Origin: Eledone cirrhosa
Taxonomy: Eukaryota
DNA: 64,000 nt
Assembly (NCBI GenBank): GCA_964016885.1
Contig: OZ024741.1
Span: 277,326,001-277,390,000, forward strand
Reading direction: 5' to 3'
The notes below the pieces were generated by a model, which was not told the origin of the DNA, did not search any database, and saw only the letters and a program-made list of their open reading frames with translations. Both the position numbers and the translations under genes were made by a program. Position 1 is the first letter of the stretch, and every line of letters begins with the position of its first letter. Below, one piece after another: positions 44,031 through 59,390 of this stretch.

Positions 44031-44974
44031 AACCTCTTTTCGAGTCACCTGATTGATGGTATATGTTGTATGACCTGAAACACTCAGTGACTTCAGGATA
44101 CAACATTGATGATGTGTCCAATATAGTCAAGACACCAGATAGAGGGGGTATGTTGTAAGGCCTGAAATACTCAGTGACCGGGTTACAACACTGATGCCCA
44201 AAATGTTGCATCTGTGGATGTAGGAAGAACTCTTCCTTTCTGAATTAATGGTGAAATATTGCGTTTTGCCTCTTCACTATAATCTTTGCTATCAACCATG
44301 TTTCTTTTTTGTAGTTATTTATTATATTAATTAAGTATATAGACGTGGCCTAGGTCAAGATGTTCGGTTTGCGACCATGAGGTCACGGCTGCGATCCCAG
44401 TGCATACGAGAAAAGCCAGTTTTTTTTTTTTACGAAGTCCTCGAGTCGATTAAAAATTGTGACTGAAATTTATTAGGTGGAAACTACGTGGAAGACCGTT
44501 AAATGAGCTATACCATCGAATGTATTGTACTTGTAATTCAAAGTTCAAGTCTTTGAATTAACATGCTGTCACATTAATTCGCCTAGGGAATTACGTTAAA
44601 GCTACACGTGTCTGTGAAATACTCAGAAGAAAACATAGAGGATCATTTGAAATTCTATCATAACTTTATCATTTTTTTAAAACTGTTTTATTTTGTTCTG
44701 CTATTTTAAAATTTATTTGGGTTTTATTTATTTTTATTTTTATTTTGATTTTTTGATTTTTATTTATATTTTTTTATGGGGGAGGGGGAGGTTAATAGCC
44801 GTTCCACCTTCTGTCATGACGGCCATAAGACAGTATCTTAACAGTTCCTCTCCCTAGCACAAGATTGGGCAGTGTATTTCGTTGAGACCAGCAGTCGGCC
44901 ATGTATGCCAGTCTCATCCATGACACTGATGTTGTCCAAGGAAACGCCAAAAGCCGAGACCGCTTGGCAATTCA

Positions 44975-45805
44975 TATACATACTGTATATACACTCTATA
45001 TATACACTCTATATATACACTCTATACATACTGTATATACACTCTATATATACACTCTATATATACACTCTATACATACTGTATATACACTCTATATATA
45101 CACTCTATATATACACTCTATACATACTGTATATACACTCTATATATACACTCTATATATACTGTATATACACTCTATATATATACTATATATATGAAGC
45201 TGTCCAGAGGACAGGCAAAGACCAATACAGTTTGGCTCCAGTGTCATCACAACACATATATATACTATATATATCCTATATATACTATATATACCCTATA
45301 TATATTATATATACCCTGTATACACTATATATATACCCTATATACACTATATATACCCTATATATACTATATATACCGTATATACTCTATATATACCCTA
45401 TATACACTATATATACCCTATATATACTATATATACCCTATATACACTATATATATATACCCTATATATACTATATATACCCTATATATACTATATATAC
45501 TATATATACCCTATATACTCTATATATACCCTATATACACTATATATACCCTATATATAGTATATATACCCTATATACACTATATATATATACTCTATAT
45601 ATACTATATATACCCTATATATGCTATATATATACCCTATATATATACCCTATATACACTATATATACCCTATATACGCTATATATACCCTATATACACT
45701 ATATATACCCTATATACACTATATATACCGTATATACACTATATATACCATATATATACTATATATATACCCTATATACACTATATATACCCTATATATA
45801 TATAT
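44975..45805. repeat. TA-rich minisatellites (48-bp unit x~4, then a ~22-bp unit)
   Basis: catactgtatatacactctatatatacactc.. and tatatataccctatatacac..; a short SINE fragment separates them. Confidence 0.9.
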
Positions 45806-46006
45806 AAAGAATTAGTATATCTACCAACATATATATACAGATGTATACCTATGCAAGCAAATATATAGGTTTTTGTCTTAGTAACTTTGTGGTTCAATGC
45901 AAGGGGATGCAGAACAATTATAGGAAAAACGTAAAATAAGAAAATTATAGTAATTAGCTTACTTACTTAAAGTAATCTAATTACTATAATTTTCTTATTT
46001 TACGTT

Positions 46007-46081
<75 letters not shown>

Positions 46082-46262
46082 GGAGGTGAGTTTTATTGTA
46101 GTACAATAAAGCAATGCAGATATCGGATAAGAAGCACTCTACAGTTTGTAGGACTGGAGTATACATAATATATAAGATAAAAACACAAATGTTATTGCAT
46201 GATGATATTTTTTTTTGAAATGCGCATAATAAAATACATGGAACTCTTTTAACCTTTGATCT

Positions 46263-46309
<47 letters not shown>

Positions 46310-46420
46310 ACTGCATTAAATCTGTAGATAATTGCTGGTATAGCTACTAATCATGTAATTATTTCTTTGTTGTTGTTATTGTTGTTGCTGTTGTTGTTGC
46401 ATTCATGAGAAATCATCAAG

Positions 46421-46473
46421 AAGCTTCCTGATGATTTCTCACGAATGAAATAATTCTAGTCCTGTAGAAGCTT
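46421..46473 (+). ncRNA. Type I hammerhead with mutated stem III, in a fold-back cassette
   Basis: aagcttc CTGATGA t ttc tcac gaa t GAAA taa ttctagtc ctg TA gaagctt; same family as 31385; palindrome 46400-46447. Confidence 0.7.
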
Positions 46474-46487
46474 TTCTATATTAAAAC

Positions 46488-46576
<89 letters not shown>

Positions 46577-46880
46577 CTATATACATTATATAGACGCTAT
46601 ATTCGCTATATATGGTGCTGTCCAAAGGAAAGACAAAGACCTATACACAGATTGGCACCATTATAGTCGCATTTCATTTTTATCAGCTGACTGGACTGTA
46701 GTGATGCGAAATAAAGTGCCCGGATGAAATAAACATGGCGCCACAAACTTACGATTGTGGTCCCAACGCTCCAACAACTAGGTCACGTGACTTCAGTAGT
46801 TTATTTTATTTAATTTATAATTTACTGCATTAAACCTGTAGATAATTGATGGTATAGCTACTGATCATGTAATTATTTCT

Positions 46881-46950
46881 TTGTTGTTGTTATTGTTGTT
46901 GCTGTTGTTGTCGTTATTGTTGCTGTTGTTGTTTCTGTTGTTGTTGCTGC

Positions 46951-47014
<64 letters not shown>

Positions 47015-47305
47015 GCTGCTGCTGCTGTTGTTGTTGTTATTATTGTTGTTATTATTGTTGTTGATGTTATTGTTGTTATTGTTATTAATGTTGCCGTTGT
47101 TGTTGCTGTTACTGTTATTGCTGTTGTTGTTGTTGTTGCGGTTCTGCTGCCGGTGTTATTGTTGTTGCTGCTGTTGATGTTATTGTTGTTGTTACTATTG
47201 CTATTGTTGTTATTGTTGTTGTTTTTGTTGTTGATGTTACTATTGCTATTGTTGTTATTGTTGTTATTGTTGTTGTTTTTGTTGTTGATGCTGTTATTGT
47301 TGTTG
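46881..47305. repeat. (TTG)n array
   Basis: Seen directly in sequence. Confidence 0.9.
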
Positions 47306-47803
47306 TAATTTGCTCCTCTTCGAATTGCTAATCTTGTTAATTCTTCTATTTGTTTAGTTTTATTTATTTATCTATTTATTTATGCATGCATTTATTTCCT
47401 TCAATTGGTGATTGACTATGTATTACCTCCATCGTTATTAGAATAAATTTCTATAAATATTATTCCAGCTCCATCTCCTGGATTTATTGATCTTTTATCT
47501 TTTCTCTCTTCTATCTCGATTACTTTTTATTCTGTGGTTGTTTTATTTTAGGCTGGCCTTGACACACATCTCTTTTCCCATTTTCATTTTCATACAACTG
47601 AAGCTGTGGACTGGTGTTGGATTGAAGGAAGCTTCAGCGCTCTTATTGTTGTTCCTTGCTTATATATTCGTGTAGGAAGTAATGAATGGCGCAGTTGGTT
47701 AAGTAGTATACTTTGTAATCACGGGTTTGTGGATTCGATCCAACTGCGCAACAACTTTCGGTATGAGATTATGGGCATTAGACGTTAGACATGTGAAGGA
47801 CAG

Positions 47804-48216
47804 ATGTAGATATTCATATTTCATTTTATTCATAATCTGCCGTAATACATTTTTCTGAGGCGTTAATGATTACGAAATGCTGCCATCACGCAACTACCAA
47901 GACGACTTCAGCAGACAGCATCTTAAGTAATAAAGTTATTATGATACATTATGCAATACACGCTATCGACAAGGGGGCGGACCAATTCGATGTTGCGTTT
48001 ATGAGAGTCTTTTCACTTAGAAGCATCATATTCGTCCCTCGCCTTGTCGATAGCCTGTATTGCATTAGAAATATTACATAACAACCTTATTACTTAAGAT
48101 CCTTCCAGATGAAGTCGTGGTGGTGGTTGCGTAATGGCAGTATTACGTAATCATTAACGCCACAGAAATATGTTTTACGGCAGATTATAAATAAAATTAA
48201 TTATGAATATCTACAT
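47804..48216. mobile_element. Old fold-back MITE-like element (~190-bp imperfect arms)
   Basis: atgtagatattcata..gctatcgacaagg is mirrored by ccttgtcgatagc..tatgaatatctacat. Confidence 0.75.
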
Positions 48217-48371
48217 AAGGACTTCGTAGTTATCATGCACTAATAAATCACATGTGCAAGGGTACATATGAGGTTGAGTGTTTGAACATAATGCACCATC
48301 GTTTACTGATTGGTGTGTTGCATATACAGTCCTGGTTAATCAACATCCTATAACGCTATATATATATATAC

Positions 48372-48402
<31 letters not shown>

Positions 48403-48475
48403 TGTTTGTGGTGTATACATACACATACATATATGTATATATGAATGTAGATATAAAGGTATGCGTATATATCAT

Positions 48476-48606
<131 letters not shown>

Positions 48607-48819
48607 CACTTATCCTATAATTAACTTCCCGTTTTATTGTCTTATATGTTTTATTACAGTTAGCTATACGCCATTTTCTTTTAGACTTTTCTTTTTGTGC
48701 CACTTTAATTTTCTAATCTTATACAGGTCAACGTCTTCCATTTTTATACACCCATATTGTTTTTATTGTCATATGTATATATATATGTGTATGTATATAT
48801 ATATCTATATATAGCTATC

Positions 48820-49034
48820 TAGGGAAAGAGTCAGGACCCCGACGGCTGAGCTCCGGCCGTTTCGACAGCTAGATCTGAATAGCTAAATCTGTAGATCAGA
48901 TCTAGCTGTCGAAACGGCTGGAGCTCAGCTGTCTTGGTCCTGACTCTATTCCTATTACCCACTCTACTACCCTATGTATCGAGTACTCTGGTGCGTTATG
49001 GTCCACCTGGTTCCTTACTACACTTCCTTCGTTA
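48820..49034 (+). mobile_element. Fold-back mini-element with hammerhead 3' half
   Basis: Inverted arms 48820-48878 and 48896-48954; GAAA cggct ggagctc agctg TC; tail matches the 18548 family. Confidence 0.7.
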
Positions 49035-49046
49035 TAGCTTTTTATA

Positions 49047-49084
<38 letters not shown>

Positions 49085-49193
49085 CCTTTATATCTACATA
49101 CATATATACATATATGTATGTGTATAAGAAAATAAAACGGGAAGTAAATTATAGGATAAGCGGTGAAGATTAAGACAATAGCAGAAGAAAAAC

Positions 49194-49283
<90 letters not shown>

Positions 49284-49328
49284 GTGTGTGTGTATATATA
49301 TATATATACACATATATTTTCTCACATC

Positions 49329-49656
<328 letters not shown>

Positions 49657-49872
49657 CCAGAAATACCCGTCGAAACGACTTGAGCTCTGCCGTCGGGCCA
49701 TACTTTTTCCTATATATATATATATACATGGATATATATGCCCACTCCAGAGAAGTTATAGTGAAAATTGATATTGGTTGCAGCTAACTGCCGTAAATCA
49801 TTCATATTGGTATAGAAACGAGTGTGTGTGTCTGTCAGTCTGTGTGTGTGTTAGTGTGTGTGTGTGTGTTGG

Positions 49873-49909
<37 letters not shown>

Positions 49910-50451
49910 TCTATGTTTGTTCTGGATATGTAGGTATGTATGTGTGTATGTATATATGTTATGTAAGTTATGTTTGCAGGTATGTTACATATGTGTATAA
50001 ATGTACGCAAACATGCATGCATATACTGTATGTATGTATATATGCGTGCATGTATGTATGTGTATATCGTGTTAGGTAGCCATTTCCCTTCTTGTTATAC
50101 TTTTTCAGACATTTTGTGTCTTTGTTTTTTTACAATTGTTTTGCATCACTTTCTTTAGTTTTCACGTTTGTATTATTCTTTTATTCTTTATTGGGATTGG
50201 GCATTTTAAAATTGATTTATTGGAATCGATCTACAAGGTCTCACACCTATTTCACTTATCATGCGTTATGGAACTCGTTAAGTCGGACCGAGGATACAAT
50301 GTTTTCATCGGTGTGTTCACTGCTGATACTATCTACCTGTCACACTTCCTGCTGAAATAAAGTGTCTTGCTCAGCGTCTGATCCGGAAATAGAACTTGGA
50401 ACTTCACCTTTGTGAACGCAATTCTCTAACCACACACACACGCATGCATAC

Positions 50452-50713
<262 letters not shown>

Positions 50714-50830
50714 ATTATAAAATGCTCGGATTTATCTTTGAGCTTATTTCCAGGTGATATGGCGCATGCCATTATGACATGCCACCCACAATTTCGATTT
50801 AGATTAAATTCATTTAATTTATCTTAATTT

Positions 50831-50942
<112 letters not shown>

Positions 50943-50980
50943 TATATATATATATATAAATATATATATAATATATATTC

Positions 50981-51017
<37 letters not shown>

Positions 51018-51040
51018 TATATATATATATATATATATTC

Positions 51041-51125
<85 letters not shown>

Positions 51126-51139
51126 GATATATATATATA

Positions 51140-51219
<80 letters not shown>

Positions 51220-51262
51220 GATATATATATATATTCATATATATATATATATATGTGTGTGT

Positions 51263-51363
<101 letters not shown>

Positions 51364-51704
51364 TGTGTGTGTGTGTGTTTCCATTGGTATTTCCGTTGCT
51401 GATACTACCTACCTGTCGCAACTCCTGGTAGAAGAAGCACGGGAAATAAAGTGTCTTGCTCAAGGATATAACACAGCGTCTCATCCGGAAATCGAAGTCG
51501 CAATCTTACGATTGTGAATCCTGTGCTATAACCACTAAGTTAACCACCTGCAAAAGATTAATTTTAATTTAATTTTATGTTTTAAATTATAATTTTAGTT
51601 ACCTTTGTTCCAGAAGAAATGGGGAGATTTAAAGTCTCCCCTCACATGAGTTATAGACAAGACATTGGTGATACGTTTATTTCTGATCTTTTCTTTATTT
51701 GCCC

Positions 51705-51742
51705 CTTTTCCGATGAATGATCTACATCTGAAACGTCGCAAC
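51705..51742 (+). ncRNA. Degenerate minimal hammerhead
   Basis: CCGATGA atgat ctac atct GAAA cg TC; stem I is poor. Confidence 0.45.
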
Positions 51743-51890
51743 TTTTTATGTCTTCTGAATGCGACCCTAAATTTTTTTTTTTCTCAACTTGTCTTCGTGC
51801 TGTTATTTTCAGTATATCAATTCTGGGTCCACTACGTGTGTGCTATACAAACATACAATCATACATACACACATACACACACACACACAC

Positions 51891-51947
<57 letters not shown>

Positions 51948-51973
51948 TATATATATATATGCACACATATATA

Positions 51974-52004
<31 letters not shown>

Positions 52005-52197
52005 GTGTCTATATATATATATATATATATGTATGTATATAAGTATGTGTGATTGTGTATGTGTACATAATGACGACAATTACGTGAGGTATCTAGGTGT
52101 ATTCGAGGCATCCATACACATATTAATAGCAGACTGCGTGTCTGTGTGTGTACATGTATGTGTGCATGTATACGTATGAGTATGTGTGTGTGTGTGG

Positions 52198-52264
<67 letters not shown>

Positions 52265-52689
52265 CATGTGTCCCCGTGCCCATGTGACTAAACTGAAATA
52301 AATTCTGTTTACTTTTCTTTATCGATTAGGTAAAGTGTTATAATTACTCTATTGTTTTGGGCGGTGTGTCATTTGTGGGTGAAATTAGAAGCTATTCATC
52401 TCCTGCTATAATGAGACAATAGAAACAGCAGAACTCATACTCCGCTTGCTGTCCTTTCATTGTACATCTACATGCTACACAAACAGATATATACAGAGAC
52501 AAATACAAAGACAAAGACAAAATAAATAAATAGATCAATAAATAAATAAATAAATAAATGGATAAATAAATAAATGAATAAATGAAGACAAAATAAAAAA
52601 TATAAATAAATAAAAAAAACTATGTGAATGTGAATAATGTTTGTTAAATATAAATAGAAAAATATTATTCGCCTGATAGTAATACAAGA

Positions 52690-53928
52690 CATACAGACAC
52701 GTATTCATGTGTTGGTGACGATTTTATGACTTCGCTTGTATTCCTATGTAAATATATCTTGGAGTAATAAAAAAGTGAAGAATAACATGGTCGACAATAC
52801 AAACAAGGATGTTTATTTACAGTCTTACAATTGTTTCCATGATAGAGCTGTCTATAAATTACTAAATATTGGAGACAGTATAATTCAATTTACAATACAT
52901 ATAACTTCAATCATTTCATCAGAAACTATTAAGAAATATAAAATATATGCGTAACGGTAAACTTAAAAATTCAAATTACTACATCAATAATAGTATTAAT
53001 GATAAATAAATAAAGGAAGGGGGACAGATGGAAATGAAAGAGAAAGAAAGAAAATGACGAAAAAAGGAACGAAGATATAGTTAAATGTATAACCGGCAAA
53101 GTTACGAAATCAAACTATCACATCAAAATAAATATAATATTAATAATAATAAAGATATATATAGAAAGAGAGAAGGCGGGGATAGAGCATAGGCAAAGAG
53201 GAAGGATAAGTAAGGAAGATGAGAAAGAAATAGAGGAAGATTAAGAGGGATGAGGAAGCAGAGAGGAATAGAAATTAATCATGAATATTGGGATATGAAG
53301 GAGAGAGAAAAGAAAATAAACATACGGGAGAATATACATTACTATGTAAAATATCTAGTTTGGGATGTATTATATTATAGGATAAAATGATCGAGATAAA
53401 ATATGTTTAAGTGGAGAAATGCAAATACAAATGGTGAAAGGTGTATATATATATAAGATAATAAATGATCTAAATACAAATAAAATAAAAATAATGATGT
53501 AAATACAAATGTTCTTAGGTTATTCTTACGTAATTATGAAGTTTGTGATAATTTGATATCGTAATAGGTGCTAAAAGTATAAAAAGGAATAAGGGGTAGA
53601 AAATGGAGTTAAGTTGGTCTAAAGTTCAGGAACTTCGTTGCTGATTTATGCCGGCAAAAGATAGTTCGCTCAATTCTGCTGATAAGAAGGGTTTTACTAA
53701 AATTAAGAATTTGGAAGAGCTCCATATTACAGAGCCTACAATGGGACATACCAGTTTAATAGGCCTTAGTAAATTACAATATTTTCCAGCTGATCTCGTA
53801 TTTAATGCCTGCATTCTTGAGTTGCCATATTTTGTTGGCAAGAGTTGTTGTATTTGATTGATTCTTATTAATCATAGAATGCCTGTGCACGTCCACCGTT
53901 TTTTGAAAACACCGTAATTGTTTATGTA

Positions 53929-53931
<3 letters not shown>
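52690..53931 (-). mobile_element. Penelope-like (Naiad-type) element 3' end
   Basis: Reverse translation HRHSMINKNQSNTTTLANKIWQLKNAGIKYEISWKI and CRLCNMELFQI..FCRHK (GIY-YIG C-terminus), then pyrimidine-rich UTR and a hammerhead. Confidence 0.8.
52819..52929 (-). ncRNA. Type I hammerhead with extended (~75 nt) stem II
   Basis: atagttt CTGATGA a atgat..atcat g GAAA caattg TA agactgt; AATAAA follows. Confidence 0.75.
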
Positions 53932-54013
<82 letters not shown>

Positions 54014-54064
54014 GCAGACACACAAATATATGTACATATATACGTATATAGATTTATACATACA

Positions 54065-54838
54065 CTAGCAGAATGGCACGGCGTTGCTCGGGCTTGCTTC
54101 TAAACATAGATTGGCATGTTTATCCCTCCTTTCTGAAACAGTACAGAGAAGTACGGAATACCTCGGCCTGGGGATGGTGTCTACATTTTGTGCTTATAAA
54201 AAAAATTCGTCGTAAATTACCAGGGGTTTAACTTAATTGGGTTCTTGAGAGTAAAATCTTCAACCCACGAAAGCCAAGACGATAGGGTTAAGTAAAAAGT
54301 CATTCGACAAACCGAACATGTATTTGTTGTGCTATGGTACAATGAAAGCAATAGTTACAGAGCAGTAAGCATGTGGGGCTGCAGTGGTGGAGAGCATGAA
54401 GGAATTTAGTTGGATACTTTTAAGGTTACAAAAATCTACCCAATCTGATATAGACCGAACTGTTATATCGGATGCTGAACGCTTCGGAGTTACTATTGGG
54501 GTCACCATCAGCAATTTCAAGGGATGTACGTTTAAGTAGGGATAATATAGTCTATAAAGAGAGGTAACCCTTTCAAAATACTAAAGAGTTGTCTCTCTTG
54601 AACATTGTAGGCAAAATTTCCGAACTAACTGACAAAAAGGGCTTAAGGTTTTAGTGAAAAAAACGCCTTTAACAACAGAAAATTGAAAAATAAAAGCTAC
54701 AGTTAATATCTTTAGACCGCAAGGAATATATAAATGCAAGTTTGAAGTCAATTGGAGTAGAAATGTGGATTTGTATAGACTTTGCCAAAATTAGGACACA
54801 CACACACAGACAACTTCAGTTTTATATATATGTATAGA
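54065..54838 (-). mobile_element. Non-autonomous Helitron
   Basis: Minus-strand A|TC start at 54838; 3' hairpin CCCGAGCAACGCCGTG then CTAG|T. Confidence 0.75.
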
Positions 54839-55382
54839 TGTCCGTGTTTGTATGTTTATATATATGTGCATATATGCATATATATATATAAGCAGTGCTC
54901 TAACATGGCCACATTCTAGTAAATGAAATCAGTAAAAGAAAAAATGAATATGTATGTGTTTGTGTATGTGTGTGGGGTGGCTGTGTGGGGAGGTCTGTGT
55001 GTGAGTGTGATGTCTGTGTATGAAAAATGAATTAGCTTTAGAAGCTACAATGTAAATAAAGTTATATATATCGAAGTAACAATACCGAAAAAGGAGGAAA
55101 AATAAACAACGAGATCGGGATTTTATCTTGGAAATATTTAATAGTTATATTTCAAGTGAAATAACCCTTGGCGAAAAAAAGTGTTAAAGCCAGATCATAG
55201 AGGGAAATTAAATGTCGACTCCTTTGGCTGATAAGGAGAGCTGCACAGCCGAAGGTCTTCAGAGAAAACCCCCCACTGAAGCTAGTGTTTCAGCCCTTTG
55301 TATTTATTGTATTAGACATATGGTTGTTGTTCAGGCAGTGTTTCAAGAAGTTAAGTGGGCAACCAGCCCTGCTACGTCTCCC

Positions 55383-55431
55383 TCATCATCATCATCATCA
55401 ACAACAACACTATCTTCATCATCATCATCAA

Positions 55432-55478
<47 letters not shown>

Positions 55479-55488
55479 ACAACAACAC

Positions 55489-55545
<57 letters not shown>

Positions 55546-55830
55546 CTTTATCCAACAAAGTTGCTGGGTTGTGACCTTTGTAAATTGATACGTTCTCTCC
55601 AGCTCTCCCTTTCTAAAGTATCCTTCTGTGTCAATCCCATTCTTGACAGATCTGGGCCTCCTATATCATGTCTTCAGTCATTTTTCTCTATTTTATGCTT
55701 GCTTGACAGGGTTGTTTTCACTCAACCTGACAACGCAGCCAAACCACCTTAATTGCGCCACTCGATAATAGATTCCACATCTCTCCTTTAGCTGGAACTG
55801 ATTTTTTAACGCTTTTCTTACCAAAGTGCC
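55383..55830 (-). mobile_element. RTE-type LINE 3' end with (GAT)n tail
   Basis: Reverse translation QLRWFGCVVRLSENNPVKQA..DLSRMGLTQKDTLERESWRERI; (CAT)n tract 55383-55542 on +. Confidence 0.7.
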
Positions 55831-56090
55831 CGAAAAAACACCCGTTGTTTTACTATACAAAGTTTTCTATTATAAAATGTTTATATGAAACTAAAAAGCT
55901 TATAATTTTACGTAACAACGTTTGTTAACTAGTTTTCCAAGCATTGTAAGTCTGTTCTAAGCAGAAGAACGATGCTTATTCCCGATGTCCCTGGCGTTAA
56001 GCGACTGAGAGTATAAGTATTTCCCTGGACAGGACGGTGGTCTATCGCAGGTTTAACTCACCACCTACTGCTGGTACTCACCCACACACG

Positions 56091-56198
<108 letters not shown>

Positions 56199-56298
56199 TA
56201 TATATATACAGATTTATAGTATATATGTATGTATATACGCATATATGTATATATGTATATATGTATATATGTATATATGTATATATGTATATATATAA

Positions 56299-56363
<65 letters not shown>

Positions 56364-56369
56364 CACACA

Positions 56370-56419
<50 letters not shown>

Positions 56420-56424
56420 AGTGC

Positions 56425-56506
<82 letters not shown>

Positions 56507-56569
56507 TTATATATATACATATATACATATATACATATATACATATATGCGTATATACATACATATATA

Positions 56570-57100
56570 CTATAAATCTGACGGCCGTATGTAGCTAACA
56601 AACTTTCCGCCAAACGGCTGGACCAAACACCACCAAATTTGCACCATAGATGTAACTTTTTCCAAGTAAAAACGTGAGGGTGTTTTTGTCTACTGAATTT
56701 TGTTAAAAGATTAAAGACATTATTTAAATATTCACTTCATTAAAATTTCAAATTTCTTAAGCTCACCCGGACCTCACTTATAACAAGCCGGTGGCCACTG
56801 CCCAGTGTACTGAAATAGTTGTATGGTTCTGTGTTCAGAACACTATTCTGACACTTTTTCCTCACCAGAAGTAAATCAATGTTGGGCTTGGACAGGTGCA
56901 TATCTGAGATGTTCAGCCTTTATTGTTGTAACTATCAATTTTCTTTAACGCTGCTGAACTGTGGAATCCTAAAAACTATTCAAACCCAACATCAGAGTAC
57001 GTAACCCTCCCTCCCCCTACATCGCTGACTTGAGAGGGCAGGCGGTATCTTTGCACTGGAGTGGAGGGGGGATTCCTGAAAAGATAAAATGCCGGTAAAC
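56570..57100 (+). mobile_element. Possible Helitron-derived non-autonomous element
   Basis: 5' actataaatctg..aaacggctggaccaaacaccaccaaattt resembles Helitron 5' ends; the 3' end decays into a satellite. Confidence 0.4.
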
Positions 57101-57702
57101 CTATATATATATGATAAAATATATATGATAAAATATATATGATAAAATGCCGGTAAACCTATATATATATATGATAAAATATATATGATAAAATATATAT
57201 GATAAAATGCCGGTAAATCTATATATATATGATAAAATATATATGATAAAATATATATGATAAAATGCCGGTAAACCTATATATATATATATGATAAAAT
57301 ATATATGATAAAATATATAAGATAAAATATATATGATAAAATGCCGGTAAACCTATATATATATGATAAAATATATATGATAAAATATATATGATAAAAT
57401 GCCAGTAAACCTATATATATATATGATAAAATATATATGATAAAATATATATGATAAAATGCCGGTAAACCTATATATATATGATAAAATATATATGATA
57501 AAATATATATGATAAAATGCCGGTAAACCTATATATATATGATAAAATATATATGATAAAATATATATGATAAAATGCCGGTAAACCTATATATATATGA
57601 TAAAATATATATAATAAAATATATATGATAAAATGCCGGTAAACCTATATATATATGATAAAATATATATGATAAAATATAATATGATAAAATGCCGGTA
57701 AA

Positions 57703-57710
<8 letters not shown>
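57082..57710. repeat. ~58-bp satellite GATAAAATGCCGGTAAACC(TA)n(GATAAAATATATAT)2, about 11 units
   Basis: Seen directly in sequence. Confidence 0.95.
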
Positions 57711-57778
<68 letters not shown>

Positions 57779-58014
57779 TGATATTTATGCGCTCAAGTAT
57801 TCAAGTATGAAGACTTTATATAACCTTTGGAGAATGAAAGGTTACAAATATACGTATAAATATATATATAAACTTATATCTATATGCATACATTCATATA
57901 TATATATGTGTGTGTGTGCGTCTGTGTGTGTGTACGTGTTGTATGTATGCATATATATATATATATATACATGTATGAATGTAAGTATGTATGTATGTAT
58001 CTATCTATCTATTG

Positions 58015-58068
<54 letters not shown>

Positions 58069-59154
58069 TATAGAGGTATGACGTTCTTGCGTGACCTTTG
58101 GAGAATCAAAGGTTACTAGTAAATATTTGTCTTGCGGTCAACAGTATTCGGACGTTACCTTGGAAACCTCTGATGAACGCAGTCAAACATTACTGCTGTT
58201 TCTATCAAACTTTTATCTTTTACTTATGTTTTCTTACCACCGCAACCACCACCACATCCGCCATATCCTGTGTAGACACATACACAGACACATACTCACG
58301 TACACGCACGCATACAATCAGTCTCTCTCTCACACACACACACACATTCTCATACGCACACCCCCACCTACACATGCACATGTGTGTGCGTGTGTCTATG
58401 ACTATATATGCATGCATACAGGTATATTTACATACATGCATACATACATATGAACATATACACACAAGCCCACGCAAACCCACACACGCGCAAATATACA
58501 TATATATATATATGGGGGGGGGGGTTATGTATGTATGTATGCATGCATATATACATACATATATGATGGCTTTCCCCTCGTTATCGAGTATGGCCATTGC
58601 ACGAGAAAAGAAAAAAATATATATATAAATATATGCAGAGGTTATATTTAATTTGTTGGGATTCAACAAGCTTAAAAATGTTTATAACTGATATAAAAAG
58701 TAATATAAACTAATATAGCAAGTAAACTTATGACTTCGTATAAAATAACATATGGTTCATGTTTTAATTATATTCTTAAGATAAAAAATTGTTTTAACTT
58801 TTTAACTTTATAACATTTAATCCTTAGAGTCATCTGAGTTCTTAAAAAATCACTTCTAACTTCCGTTACACTTCCTTACTGTTTTTATAATATAACTAAG
58901 TGGTTATTCCTTTGTAAACTCTCGTAAATTTTTCATAAATTTAGAATTATTTGGATGAACTATACTAGATTTGCTCTAATGTAAAATACCATATATTTAT
59001 TTAAATAATGTATAATCCTTAATATACACCTTTAAACTAATTATTAATATTAAATTATTAAATTAAATCTTTAATATTAAGGTAAATTTTAATCTTTAAT
59101 TTTGATTTCTAAGTTTTAATTTTAATTTAATTTTAATCTAATTTTTCAACCTAT

Positions 59155-59390
59155 CATTATAAGTATTATAATCAAAACGTAATGAACCCTGCATTATAAG
59201 TATTATAATCAAAACGTAATGAACCCTGCATTATAAGTATTATAATCAAAACGTAATGAACCCTGCATTATAAGTATTATAATCAAAACGTAATGAACCC
59301 TGCATTATAAGTATTATAATCAAAACGTAATGAACCCTGCATTATAAGTATTATAATCAAAACGTAATGAACCCTGCATTATAAATATTA
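59155..59390. repeat. Six perfect 37-bp tandem repeats
   Basis: CATTATAAGTATTATAATCAAAACGTAATGAACCCTG at 59155, 59192, 59229, 59266, 59303 and 59340; no spacers. Confidence 0.95.

Noticed and set aside
44872-45868. 311-aa and 224-aa Tyr/Ile-rich ORFs, and the many YIYI, VCVC and HTHT ORFs elsewhere
   Set aside because: Translations of TA-rich minisatellites and dinucleotide repeats
52070-52115. [10 protein letters not shown] resembling an RT thumb motif
   Set aside because: Under 15 residues between microsatellites; cannot be separated from chance
57082-57710. Regularly spaced GCCGGTAAACC repeats resembling an array
   Set aside because: Intervening sequence is the same TA-rich motif each time, so this is a satellite and not unique spacers
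58165-58200. CTGATGA hammerhead candidate
   Set aside because: No GAAA box and no closing stems; at most a decayed relic
59155-59390. 37-bp repeats of CRISPR-like length
   Set aside because: Units are contiguous with no spacers, there are no cas genes, and the context is eukaryotic
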